A stretch of DNA of 64,000 bases from Actinomycetota bacterium (GCA_023379675.1 JAMCPL010000006.1:12957-76956), one strand, 5' to 3'; shown: positions 49,864-58,830, counted from the first letter of the stretch. Translations and numbers: made by a program. The notes: generated from the letters alone by a model not told the origin.

Positions 49864-51231
49864 TTAGGCGCGGTAGATCGTCTTGGCGTTGCATAGCTCC
49901 CTCAGCCCGAGTACTCCAAGCTCGCGACCGTACCCCGAGTGCTTTATGCCTCCGAAGGATCGCTCTGGAGCTGAGGCCACCATTGAGTTGACATATACCA
50001 TTCCTGCCTGGAGCCCTGTCTCGAATCTTGCCATCTCGGTCTCATCATTGGTGTAGACGGATGCACCCAGACCGTAAGGGTTGTCATTGGCCAGCCGGAT
50101 CATCTCCTCTACGCTGCCGACCCTGTAGATGACGGCTACCGGGCCGAAGAGCTCCTCGGTATATGCCCTCATTCCCGGCGTGACCCCTTCCAGTATGGTG
50201 GCTGGGTAGTAGTACCCTGTACCGTGCGGGACATGGGCGCCAACCAACGCTCTGGCTCCATGATTCAGGGCATCAGTGACCTGATCGTGAAGGTTGCGCC
50301 TACCCTGGTCGGACACGAGAGGTCCGAGGGTGGTTTCCGGGGCAAATGGGTCACCCATGGTTGCAGTAGACATTTCCTCTACAAACGCTTCTTTGAACTC
50401 GTCATACACATCATCGTGGATGATGAAGCGTTTTGCTGCTATGCAACTCTGCCCGTTGTTCTGCAGCCTGGCAGCGGCCGCAATACGCGCGGTACCGGCT
50501 ATGTCGCACGATGGCATGACGATAAAGGGATCGCTTCCCCCGAGCTCCATCACACTCTTTTTGAGGGCTCTCCCTGCCTGGGATGCAACAGCGGAACCGG
50601 CGCGCTCGGATCCGGTCAGGGTGACCGCATCCACGCGGGCATCTTCTATAAGCCGGCCGACCTGGTCAGCTTTCATCAGCAGCGCCTGAAAGGCACCCTC
50701 GCTGAAACCTGCCCTAATGAACAGGTTCTCCAAGAAGAGCGCGGTCTGGGGGACGTTTGGTGCGTGCTTGAGAAGGATCACGTTTCCTGCCATCAGGCCG
50801 GGTGCGGCGAAACGAGTGACTTGCCATAGCGGGAAGTTCCACGGCATTATCGCGAGTATCGTACCCAGTGGTGAATACACTGTTTTAGATTTGCTGTCGT
50901 ATGGATTTGATTCTGGAGAGAGCATGGACTCTCCGTGCTCTGCGAAGAAACGCAGGGCGGCGGCGCATTTCGACGCCTCGCCCTTTGCCTGGGAAAATGT
51001 CTTGCCCATCTCCGTGGTAACCGTTGCAGCGATGGTCGGCAACTCCGCCTCTATCAGATCTGCGACCGCAATCAGCTTGTGGCGGCGCTCTCCAGCAGGC
51101 TCCAGGGCTGCCGCATGCTTGGCCTGAGTGGCCGCGTCCAGGCGCCTATCCACTTCGTCGCTGTCGTAGGGTGCGTACTCCTTTCCCACGATGCCGGTGG
51201 CAGGATTTATGCTTGCAATTCTTTCATCCAT
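49864..51231 (-). CDS. NAD(P)-dependent aldehyde dehydrogenase, succinate-semialdehyde dehydrogenase-like
   Basis: 455 aa with catalytic ELGGSDP (Glu) and NNGQSCIAAKR (Cys) motifs. Confidence 0.85.
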   Translation of the reverse strand: MDERIASINPATGIVGKEYAPYDSDEVDRRLDAATQAKHAAALEPAGERRHKLIAVADLIEAELPTIAATVTTEMGKTFSQAKGEASKCAAALRFFAEHGESMLSPESNPYDSKSKTVYSPLGTILAIMPWNFPLWQVTRFAAPGLMAGNVILLKHAPNVPQTALFLENLFIRAGFSEGAFQALLMKADQVGRLIEDARVDAVTLTGSERAGSAVASQAGRALKKSVMELGGSDPFIVMPSCDIAGTARIAAAARLQNNGQSCIAAKRFIIHDDVYDEFKEAFVEEMSTATMGDPFAPETTLGPLVSDQGRRNLHDQVTDALNHGARALVGAHVPHGTGYYYPATILEGVTPGMRAYTEELFGPVAVIYRVGSVEEMIRLANDNPYGLGASVYTNDETEMARFETGLQAGMVYVNSMVASAPERSFGGIKHSGYGRELGVLGLRELCNAKTIYRA

Positions 51232-51252
51232 CTAGATACATACTAATGTGGA

Positions 51253-52161
51253 TTGGTGGTGTCAATGGACAGGAGTGATGGCGGCGCTATCGCCAATACC
51301 AGCAAGGATGGGATGCGTTCAGGGCAGCCGGAGCCGGTGGCTCATGCTGTGTCAGCCGGAGAGTTGCTCGTGTCCATCGTCCAGCAAGTCGCGGCGGCCA
51401 TTCTCACCAATGACGCCCTAGCGGCAGCTGCACTTCCATTGACGGATGAGGGCGTGGGGGCGGTGCACGATACCCGCACTTCAGTCAGGAGGCTTCGTGC
51501 ATATCTCAGGACATTCCGGCCGTTGCTGGATCTTCCCTGGTCCACCGAGTTGTCGATAGAGCTTCGCTGGTACCAGGAGGTACTGTCATCTGTGCGTGAT
51601 CTTGATGTAATCCACGCATGGCTTGCGCAACAAGCCACTGAAAATCGCACTGAGGATGTCATCGCGCTTCGATCGATGCTGGAGAGAGTGGCGGAGCAGC
51701 GCTTGGCTGCATACGGGCTTTACATCGACACACGTGCGACACCCAGAGCGGAGGCATTCAGACGGCGATTGGAGCTTGCCGCTGCGTCGGTACCACTCAG
51801 TGCGAAGGGTTCGCAGCCTACCCGGACGTTCCTGCCCATGGTGCGAAAGGCCAGGCGAGAGATGCAGGACGCGATGCGCCTTGTCCAGGAGGATCCGGTT
51901 CCTGACCACATACATCAGGCAAGGATTAAGGCCAAGGGGTTGCGCTATGTATGCGATGCCCTTTCGCCCAGCCTGGGTAGGTACTATTCACGTATGGCCG
52001 GCGACGCAAAGAAAATCCAGGATCGCTTGGGGCGGGTTCGCGATGCCTCGAATATATGCCAGTGGCTCGAAGAAGCCGCAGTAGCGGACCCGCGAGTCGG
52101 ATTCACGGCCGGTAAGCTGTGGACGCTGGAGAACGGCGCAGCCAACGCTGGCCTGCGGTGA
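51253..52161 (+). CDS. CHAD domain-containing protein
   Basis: VHDTRTSVRRLRAYLRTF, VRDLDV and a repeated IHQARIKAKGLRY motif, typical of CHAD. Confidence 0.75.
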   Translation: MVVSMDRSDGGAIANTSKDGMRSGQPEPVAHAVSAGELLVSIVQQVAAAILTNDALAAAALPLTDEGVGAVHDTRTSVRRLRAYLRTFRPLLDLPWSTELSIELRWYQEVLSSVRDLDVIHAWLAQQATENRTEDVIALRSMLERVAEQRLAAYGLYIDTRATPRAEAFRRRLELAAASVPLSAKGSQPTRTFLPMVRKARREMQDAMRLVQEDPVPDHIHQARIKAKGLRYVCDALSPSLGRYYSRMAGDAKKIQDRLGRVRDASNICQWLEEAAVADPRVGFTAGKLWTLENGAANAGLR

Positions 52162-52179
52162 TAGGAGACTGGTGTTTCT

Positions 52180-52344
52180 CTATACGCGCTTGCCGGTGGC
52201 AGGCTGAACCGGCGGCCAGGTATCATAGCTGCCCGACCCGAACTCTCCTGGTTGCCCCGAGATCTTTGCTATGAATGTGCGTAGAGCGATTACCGTCCCT
52301 ATTGCGGCGAGACCTATAGCCGCGAACTTCAGCAGTACTCTCAT
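52180..52344 (-). CDS. hypothetical 54-aa membrane protein (below the ORF-track length cut-off)
   Basis: Hand translation gives MRVLLKFAAIGLAAIGTVIALRTFIAKISGQPGEFGSGSYDTWPPVQPATGKRV*. AAGGAGA lies 4 nt upstream of the ATG, and there is one TM segment. Confidence 0.4.
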   Translation of the reverse strand: MRVLLKFAAIGLAAIGTVIALRTFIAKISGQPGEFGSGSYDTWPPVQPATGKRV

Positions 52345-52388
52345 GATTTCTCCTTGTCTTGCTTGGGCGTATGTCTGTTGCTGGCGGA

Positions 52389-52417
52389 TTGCATTATGCA
52401 GGAATACGTGCTATAAT
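52389..52417 (+). promoter_or_regulatory. candidate promoter TTGCAT-17-TATAAT with extended -10 (TGcTATAAT)
   Basis: ttgcat is at 52389-52394, followed by a 17-nt spacer ending in tgc, then tataat at 52412-52417. It lies about 310 nt upstream of leuA. Confidence 0.5.
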
Positions 52418-52427
52418 CTTATACGTG

Positions 52428-52481
52428 ATGAAATGCGAGTACCACCAAGATTCTTTCCTTGAAGGATTACTGCTGACGTAG
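52428..52481 (+). CDS. candidate leuA leader peptide MKCEYHQDSFLEGLLLT*
   Basis: 17 codons beginning 3-4 nt after the predicted transcription start, with GTG at 52425 also in frame. Three consecutive Leu codons (tta ctg ctg, 52467-52475) precede the stop, which overlaps a hairpin. Confidence 0.45.
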   Translation: MKCEYHQDSFLEGLLLT

Positions 52482-52509
52482 GGCAAGTGTTTCATCGCGC
52501 TTGCCCATA

Positions 52510-52538
52510 CCCCTGAGCCCTGTGGCCAGGGGTTTTTT
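52510..52538 (+). terminator. intrinsic terminator (GC-rich stem plus T6) inside the leuA 5' leader
   Basis: cccctgagcc-ctgt-ggccagggg followed by tttttt. It is preceded by a hairpin gggcaag...cttgccc at 52481-52506. Confidence 0.65.
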
Positions 52539-52728
52539 AGTGGGCTGGCGGTAACGTGCAAGGACTGACGACATGTCGATGACGTATCGAGCGAGAGGAG
52601 CGATGTCGCATGAAGCGTAAATTGAAGGTAAGCAGGGAGATGGCATCGCTGAAGACGAGAACCGTGATGATGGGAATTGTCAGCGTCCGTACCTGCTGTG
52701 CATGGAGACGGACCGAAGGAGGAATACT

Positions 52729-54411
52729 ATGAGTAGTGATATAGATAGTACATCGGAACAGGGCCGGGAACAGGCGCCCACTGTGAGGCCCGGTCCCGGA
52801 GTGCCTTCGCACACTGCAGGTGATACGGATACCGGTGCGGGCACCAGCAACGGCAATGCAACCGAGAAGTTGGTGATCTTCGATACCACCCTACGTGACG
52901 GGGAGCAGGCACCTGGTATATCGCTCGATCCGGCCGAGAAGATGGAGATAGCGGAGCAGCTTGCACGTCTGGGCGTCGATTACATCGAGGCCGGATTTCC
53001 GGTATCCAGCCAGGGTGACTTCGACTCGGTACAGGCCATCGCAAGATCCGTCCAGGGGCCGGTGATCTGCGGCTTGTCCCGCACTCATGTCTCTGATGTG
53101 GATCGTTGTTTCGATGCGCTCAGGGACGCTGGTAGGGCACGTATACATGTATTCATTTCCACCAGTCCCGAGCACATGGAGTACATGCTTAAGATGACGC
53201 CCAAGCAGGTATTCGACGAGGCGCATGCTGCGGTTGCAAGGGCATGCGAGCATGTGGATGACGTGGAGTTCAGTCCGCAGGATGCAACCCGGACTTCCGT
53301 GGATTTCCTGCTGGAGATCCTGGCGGATGCAGTTGCACAGGGCGCCACCACACTCAATATTCCCGATACGGTCGGCTACGGCATACCATGGGACTTCGCA
53401 AAGCTGATCAGCCACATCCGCAAAGAAGTTCCTGGCGACTATATCATATCGACTCACTGTCACAATGACCTGGGGCTTGCTACATCCAACACCCTAGCGG
53501 GCGTGCAAGCGGGCGCTCGTCAGGTGGAGGTGTGCGTGAACGGCATAGGGGAGCGTGCGGGTAACGCCTCTCTCGAAGAGGTTGTCATGGCGGTGGCCAT
53601 CCGCCAGGATCAGTTCCCAGGCGTATACACAGGCATACATACTGAGGAACTGGCGAGGACCTCCCGGCTTGTCTCCCGGCTTACCGGCTATCCGGTGCAG
53701 TACAACAAGGCCGTGGTGGGGAGGAATGCTTTCGCTCATGAGGCCGGCATTCACCAGCACGGCGTACTTTCCGACCGGAGAACATACGAGATCATCGATG
53801 CCGCTACGGTTGGTCTCCAGGGGAGCCAGATAGTGCTTGGCAAGCATTCGGGGCGACATGCATTTACGGCGTCCCTCGAGAAGATGGGTATCCATGCTCA
53901 CGGCGATGTACTGGACCAGGCATTCAGGAGATTCAAGGATCTGGCTGACCGCAAGGTGGAGATCACGGAGGCTGATCTCGAGGCGATAGTAGCCGAGGAG
54001 ATCGGGATGGGGGTTGTGGAAGGGTATGTGCTCGAGAGTCTGGAGGTATCAGGCGGTACCGAGGAGGCGGCCCGTGCAAAGGTGGCGCTTAGCAGGGTGG
54101 GAAGTAGGGTGAATGCCACAGCAGAAGGCAATGGCATGATCGACGCCGCTTGTAAAGCCATCGGCCTGGCGACATCCACGGATGCCGAACTGGCCGGCTT
54201 CAATGTCTCTTCGGTTACCGGTGGTATAGATGCGCTGGGAGATGTGGTGATCCAGCTCATTTCCGACGGGATCAAGGTATCCGGCAAGGGAGTATCCACC
54301 GATGTGGTGGAGGCGTCCGCCAGGGCTTACCTGGCTGCGGTCAACCGGCTCATCCGTGCCAAGGAGCGGAATCGTGAAAGCCTTACGCGCGCAGGGGATA
54401 CAGGACCTTAA
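52729..54411 (+). CDS. leuA: 2-isopropylmalate synthase
   Basis: FDTTLRDGEQAPG, HCHNDLGLA and the C-terminal LeuA dimerisation/regulatory domain. AGGAGGA lies 5 nt upstream of the ATG at 52729. Confidence 0.95.
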   Translation: MSSDIDSTSEQGREQAPTVRPGPGVPSHTAGDTDTGAGTSNGNATEKLVIFDTTLRDGEQAPGISLDPAEKMEIAEQLARLGVDYIEAGFPVSSQGDFDSVQAIARSVQGPVICGLSRTHVSDVDRCFDALRDAGRARIHVFISTSPEHMEYMLKMTPKQVFDEAHAAVARACEHVDDVEFSPQDATRTSVDFLLEILADAVAQGATTLNIPDTVGYGIPWDFAKLISHIRKEVPGDYIISTHCHNDLGLATSNTLAGVQAGARQVEVCVNGIGERAGNASLEEVVMAVAIRQDQFPGVYTGIHTEELARTSRLVSRLTGYPVQYNKAVVGRNAFAHEAGIHQHGVLSDRRTYEIIDAATVGLQGSQIVLGKHSGRHAFTASLEKMGIHAHGDVLDQAFRRFKDLADRKVEITEADLEAIVAEEIGMGVVEGYVLESLEVSGGTEEAARAKVALSRVGSRVNATAEGNGMIDAACKAIGLATSTDAELAGFNVSSVTGGIDALGDVVIQLISDGIKVSGKGVSTDVVEASARAYLAAVNRLIRAKERNRESLTRAGDTGP

Positions 54412-54424
54412 AGCCTCTTGGATG

Positions 54425-55318
54425 CTAGCTTACTACGATGACTTCACCCATCATGTAACCGAGATGGTGCATTCCCCATCCGCACGGCATTATACAGTGC
54501 CAGTAATACACGCCCGGGTTGGGAGCGACAAACTGGAACGTAGTCACATGAGGACTCGAATGTGACCCTGGATGTATCATCACGTTGAGATGCAATTGGG
54601 CAGAGGTGAAACTGTGTGTATCCGTGCTGAAGTTGGTCACGGTTACGTCCACATGCTCTCCGGTCTTTACAGTAAATCGTGCGGGCACGTAGGCATCCTG
54701 TAGTATGCCACCATGGGGAGCCGGCTTGCCGTAGAGGGGCGGGGGATTGATGTCCAGCATCACCTGCGCGATACCACTGTGTGATGAGATCATGTCTGCT
54801 GCCGGCCTGGCGCCGCCGGCCTGGGTCGCGTGATTGGCAAGAGGACTGTGCAGCAGGCCGGTGCCTACGAGGACGGATATTCCGACTATGGCGGCAGATG
54901 CAGCCAGGATGGATAATATACTGCTGCGCGATGGTCTATGGTCGGTTGCATGCGGTGGCGTTGTACCTGAACGCCTACCAGCATAAGATGCCTGCAATGA
55001 TGCATAACTTGTACTACCGGCACCGGCACCGGTGCTTCCGCCGGCAACTCCCGGGTCGCCGGCAAACGATGGCGTAGCGGATCCCAGCTCTTGCATGCCG
55101 TTGCCCAGTCCGGACAGCTGGGATGCCATTTCCCAGTCCAGCCCCGCTTCACGGGCACTCCATGCTTCATCAGGGTAGAACCCTTCCCGGCTCCAGTACC
55201 CGGCCTCCCAGGCTCGGAAGCCGGCCATCCGCCACCGCCTTGCCATATGCGGATCGAATCCGGCGGCGGCCCATCCTTCAGCGTGGTACCGCCAGTTGGG
55301 TAATCTTTCACCTTCCAT
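54425..55318 (-). CDS. single-pass membrane protein: cytoplasmic Trp-rich repeat domain + extracytoplasmic cupredoxin domain (CuA-like CxxxC)
   Basis: GAGGTGG lies 6 nt upstream of the ATG at 55318. One TM segment (ILSILAASAAIVGISVLVGTGLL). The C-terminal domain has THSF...YYWHCIMPCGWGMHHLGYMMGEVIVV. Confidence 0.7.
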   Translation of the reverse strand: MEGERLPNWRYHAEGWAAAGFDPHMARRWRMAGFRAWEAGYWSREGFYPDEAWSAREAGLDWEMASQLSGLGNGMQELGSATPSFAGDPGVAGGSTGAGAGSTSYASLQASYAGRRSGTTPPHATDHRPSRSSILSILAASAAIVGISVLVGTGLLHSPLANHATQAGGARPAADMISSHSGIAQVMLDINPPPLYGKPAPHGGILQDAYVPARFTVKTGEHVDVTVTNFSTDTHSFTSAQLHLNVMIHPGSHSSPHVTTFQFVAPNPGVYYWHCIMPCGWGMHHLGYMMGEVIVVS

Positions 55319-55403
55319 ATTCAACCACCTCGATGCCGTACCGGATTGCAGGCAACGCGGGCCGATTCATGATGGCCTGCACGTCCCGAGGAAGGATTTG
55401 AGC

Positions 55404-55682
55404 TCAGCGCACGAGGGTCTGCAGTGCGTACGCTATAGCAGCGACTATTGCTACCGATATGCCCAGTTCGATAAGAGTGACCAGCACGGTGACAGCAGTA
55501 AGCAGTGCCGTTTTCGCGGCCGGAGTAGGGGGGATCTCGATCGGGCCTCCTTCCATTGCAGCGCTGTCGCTGACATCCTCCCTGGTAAGTGTCGCGACGC
55601 TGCCTGCAGGTGCCTCGCGAATTGCCCGTGTTTCGTCATTGCGGACCGCTTGGCTCGCAATTTCTGTATCTCGTATTACCAT
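55404..55682 (-). CDS. 92-aa tail-anchored membrane protein, hypothetical
   Basis: AAGGAGG lies 7 nt upstream of the ATG. An acidic N-terminal half is followed by a C-terminal hydrophobic stretch (ALLTAVTVLVTLIELGISVAIVAAIAYAL). Confidence 0.55.
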   Translation of the reverse strand: MVIRDTEIASQAVRNDETRAIREAPAGSVATLTREDVSDSAAMEGGPIEIPPTPAAKTALLTAVTVLVTLIELGISVAIVAAIAYALQTLVR

Positions 55683-55742
55683 GTGTATACCTCCTTTGGT
55701 CTGTATTCCATGGGTTCCAGATGTTTCTGCATGCTTGGCATT

Positions 55743-56393
55743 TCAACGCGCATATCCGTGATGTGTGGCCTTGAACAGGATATTCACCCTTACTGCTGTT
55801 CCGAAGAGCACCAGCCACAAAAGGCCGAGAACGGTCAGCAATATACCGGCTGCCCATTTACCGAGTGTGCCGTCAGGCCTCTGCGATTGTACGGTTCCCT
55901 TGAACGGTGATGATGCGGCAGTGGCGGAATAGGTCGTGGAAGAGGATGCCAGGGTACTCCCCGACGCACTGTCGATCTGGGCAACAAGGGGCTGCTTCCC
56001 TGTCCATGTGGGACTGTAAGCCAGGGTGGCTACACCGTTTGAGCCAGTGGCGGCTTTGCCGAGGAGCAATAACGGAGCATTACCGAATTGTCCGGTAAAT
56101 TGCGCGGCACCTACGTAGAAATCCACGGCTATGCCGGCGAGTTGGCCTGCAGCTCCAGACGCCGGTTTGCCTTGCTGCGATACCGTTGCGGTCAGGATTA
56201 CATCACGTGCGCTGGTAGGAGCCTGGGTGGCACGCAACGTCAATGTATAGGGTGGAGGCTTCGAGGCGGCCTGCGATGCGTATGCCGTGCCGGAAGCCAT
56301 GCCGGTAAGGATCAGGGCAGCGACAGCACAGGATCCTGCGGTCAGGGACACTCTTGTCACCAGGGTCCGGAGTGTACGGTTAGGCATTTGCAT
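55743..56393 (-). CDS. secreted beta-rich (Ig-like?) protein with C-terminal membrane anchor, hypothetical
   Basis: AAGGAG lies 7 nt upstream of the ATG. Signal peptide (...ALILTGMASGTAYA), a Thr/Ser/Ala-rich beta-strand-like core, and a C-terminal TM segment (AAGILLTVLGLLWLVLFGTAV). The start overlaps the upstream gene by 14 nt. Confidence 0.6.
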   Translation of the reverse strand: MQMPNRTLRTLVTRVSLTAGSCAVAALILTGMASGTAYASQAASKPPPYTLTLRATQAPTSARDVILTATVSQQGKPASGAAGQLAGIAVDFYVGAAQFTGQFGNAPLLLLGKAATGSNGVATLAYSPTWTGKQPLVAQIDSASGSTLASSSTTYSATAASSPFKGTVQSQRPDGTLGKWAAGILLTVLGLLWLVLFGTAVRVNILFKATHHGYAR

Positions 56394-57906
56394 GCATTAT
56401 CTCCTTTCTGTCGCCAGATGGGCTGTTGCCGGTCGATGCCATTACACTGAGCGTGCTCAGGTCTTCCTCCAGCCCTTCCGCTTCAGCAGCCATTTCCTCC
56501 ATATCCGCCACCGGCAGGATCGGGAAGAACTTGAATACGACGAGCAACAGCAACGGTATTGCAGCAGTTGCCGCCAGGGTGATCGTTATCGGAATCCAGG
56601 TGAAGTGGAAGGTACCCCAGTTGGCACTCGCAACATTCAGGGGTGACTTTACCAGTGGCTCGGTAGCCGGCGGTATGACGATCACCAGTCTCTTCACCCA
56701 CATCGCCAGGAGGATTATCGCCGATGCCGTCGCTATGCCCTTTACATTACGAGTACGGCGGAACGCGAGTATCACAAGAGGGAGCAACCCTGCACCCACT
56801 ACGAAGAACCAGAATGGTATCCAGTAACGTCCCATGATTGTCTGGCGTACCCAGGCCGCATTGCCTATGGTTCCCGAGTAGCCGTCTACGAGGTATTCGG
56901 TAAAGGTAAGGTAGAGATAGGTGGCGCCCAGCGCGATCAGTATGAATCCCAAACGCACGAAGTGCTTCTCAGTGATGTAACGTTCCAGGCGGTACCCCTT
57001 TCTGAATGCCGCGGCCATGACTATGACTAGCGCTACGCCACTATAGAGGGCGCCTACCACAAACAGTACCGGGAAGATGGTCTCCAGGTATCCTGCGCGG
57101 CTTGAAGACGAGAATGCGAAGCTCAGCACCGAGTGAACCGAAACTGCCATGGGAATGATCATGATGGATATGAGTCCCAATGCGCCCTGAAGTACCCTGC
57201 GCTGCGGGATGCTGCCTATCCAGTTGCCACCAACTACGGTGTACAGCTTCTTGCAGGTACGCGTCTTCAGATTGTCTGGACCGGCCGAGAGTCGCTCCAA
57301 GGTGATCTTCAGGTCGGGAATAAGAGGTAGGTAGAAGAATACGACCGTGGCCAGCAGGTAAGTGCTCACTGCAAAGAAGTCCCACAGAATCGGAGACGAC
57401 AGGTTCCAGTATGGGGGCCAGACCAACTCCCATATCCTCGGGGCCTCTCCGAGGTGAGGCACGATGAACATCATCCCTATCGGCAACGTCACCAGCGCAG
57501 TGGCTTCGGCAATCCGGGTGAGCGGTGCGCGCCAGCGCGCCTTGCTGAGCCGTAATACAGCGGAGACCACTGCCCCTCCGTAGGTGACTCCGATGAACGC
57601 CACAAGGTCTGCCTCGTAGATCGCCCAGAACGCTTGGTTGTTGTATCCTGCGGCACCCAATCCATCGCGAAGTTGCATGACCCATGCAACGATGCCCGCT
57701 ATCACCACGACACCGAGTGTGATCACCGCCGTCCACCACCATTTGCCCGTTTCCAGTACCGGGCGCATGGCGGCTTCGCGTATGTCTTCTCTTGGCGGCA
57801 CAGGATCTACACCATCGTAGGCGGTTCCTATGGACTTTTCGAGCGTCCTGCTGGTCATTGTGGTACTTGTTCCAGTTTCCATTGCGTCAACCTGCTCCCT
57901 CATCAT
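56380..57906 (-). CDS. NrfD/PsrC/ActC-like polytopic quinone-interacting membrane subunit
   Basis: 508 aa with about 10 hydrophobic segments. The N-terminal WWWTAV...AGYNNQAFWAIYEADLVAFIG pattern is typical of the NrfD family. It overlaps the upstream FeS gene by 20 nt. Confidence 0.8.
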   Translation of the reverse strand: MMREQVDAMETGTSTTMTSRTLEKSIGTAYDGVDPVPPREDIREAAMRPVLETGKWWWTAVITLGVVVIAGIVAWVMQLRDGLGAAGYNNQAFWAIYEADLVAFIGVTYGGAVVSAVLRLSKARWRAPLTRIAEATALVTLPIGMMFIVPHLGEAPRIWELVWPPYWNLSSPILWDFFAVSTYLLATVVFFYLPLIPDLKITLERLSAGPDNLKTRTCKKLYTVVGGNWIGSIPQRRVLQGALGLISIMIIPMAVSVHSVLSFAFSSSSRAGYLETIFPVLFVVGALYSGVALVIVMAAAFRKGYRLERYITEKHFVRLGFILIALGATYLYLTFTEYLVDGYSGTIGNAAWVRQTIMGRYWIPFWFFVVGAGLLPLVILAFRRTRNVKGIATASAIILLAMWVKRLVIVIPPATEPLVKSPLNVASANWGTFHFTWIPITITLAATAAIPLLLLVVFKFFPILPVADMEEMAAEAEGLEEDLSTLSVMASTGNSPSGDRKEIMHANA

Positions 57907-58783
57907 TTTCCAGGTCCTGATCGTGACCGAGAATGTAGTAGACCCTTGGGTGCGTGCCGTAGGACTCCTTGAATTTCACTGCGTCGTTGGCGGCTAGGAA
58001 CTCCGACAGTTTCACGACCTGGCCGCTGGCGTTCACTGCGACATCGGTGGTCAGATCTCCCATGTACAGAGCGTCCATCGGGCAGTTGGATACGCATTCA
58101 GGGATCTTTCCCATTGGAAGCATTGCGGCACAGAATATGCACTTGCCGACAGTTCCCTCGACCTGTGGAACAGGCCACTCGGGTTCCTGGGGGAATGGCT
58201 GCCTGGGGGCCGACTTTGCCGGTCCCCAGTTGAAATACCTGGCCTGGTAAGGGCAGGCGTTCATGCAGATGCGGGTGCCTATGCAGCGGCTCTGGTTGAC
58301 AAGCACCAAGCCTTCGTCGGTTCGGAAGTTTGCCTTTACTGGACAGACCTGTACGCAAGGCGGATCTTCGCACATCATGCAAGGTCGCGGCATATGATAG
58401 GTATTGCCCGAAGCATTGGTCATGGTGAACACATGCATCCAGGTCTGGTCCTTGTGCAGGTAGTGGGCCTCCTGGCACGCTGCGGTACATACTTTGCAGC
58501 CATTGCAGTAACGGAGATCGATGACCATGCACCACTGGTGTGCAGGTTTGCTCGAGGCGCCCGTTGCTTGCGCCGCCGCCGTGGTTACGGCACCCGCCTT
58601 GTGGCCGCTTGCCGCCTCCAGTACCCCGGTCCCTGCGAGTGCTCCGGCAACTCCTATTGCACCGAGCCGCTCCAGGAAATGCCGTCTGCTCAGGCCTGCG
58701 TCTTCGCAGCTTGGTGTTTCTTGGGCATCCGTCGTGGGCGGTCTTGTGGCTATTTCCACCGGCTGCCGGCTACTGCTGGTCAT
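57887..58783 (-). CDS. Tat-exported four-cluster ferredoxin subunit (NrfC/PsrB/ActB2-like)
   Basis: Twin-arginine motif SRRHFLERLGAIGVAGALAG. Cluster motifs CNGCKVCTAAC, CMMCEDPPCVQVCP, CIGTRICMNACP and CIFC...CVSNCP. Confidence 0.85.
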   Translation of the reverse strand: MTSSSRQPVEIATRPPTTDAQETPSCEDAGLSRRHFLERLGAIGVAGALAGTGVLEAASGHKAGAVTTAAAQATGASSKPAHQWCMVIDLRYCNGCKVCTAACQEAHYLHKDQTWMHVFTMTNASGNTYHMPRPCMMCEDPPCVQVCPVKANFRTDEGLVLVNQSRCIGTRICMNACPYQARYFNWGPAKSAPRQPFPQEPEWPVPQVEGTVGKCIFCAAMLPMGKIPECVSNCPMDALYMGDLTTDVAVNASGQVVKLSEFLAANDAVKFKESYGTHPRVYYILGHDQDLENDEGAG

Positions 58784-58830
58784 CTGTCATACCTCATAAT
58801 GCCTGTCTCCTCTGGTGATGTGATCATGGA

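Noticed and set aside
52271-52462. 63-aa plus-strand ORF
   Set aside because: It runs antisense through the better-supported 54-aa membrane ORF (which has a strong SD) and across the leuA leader promoter. Not credible.
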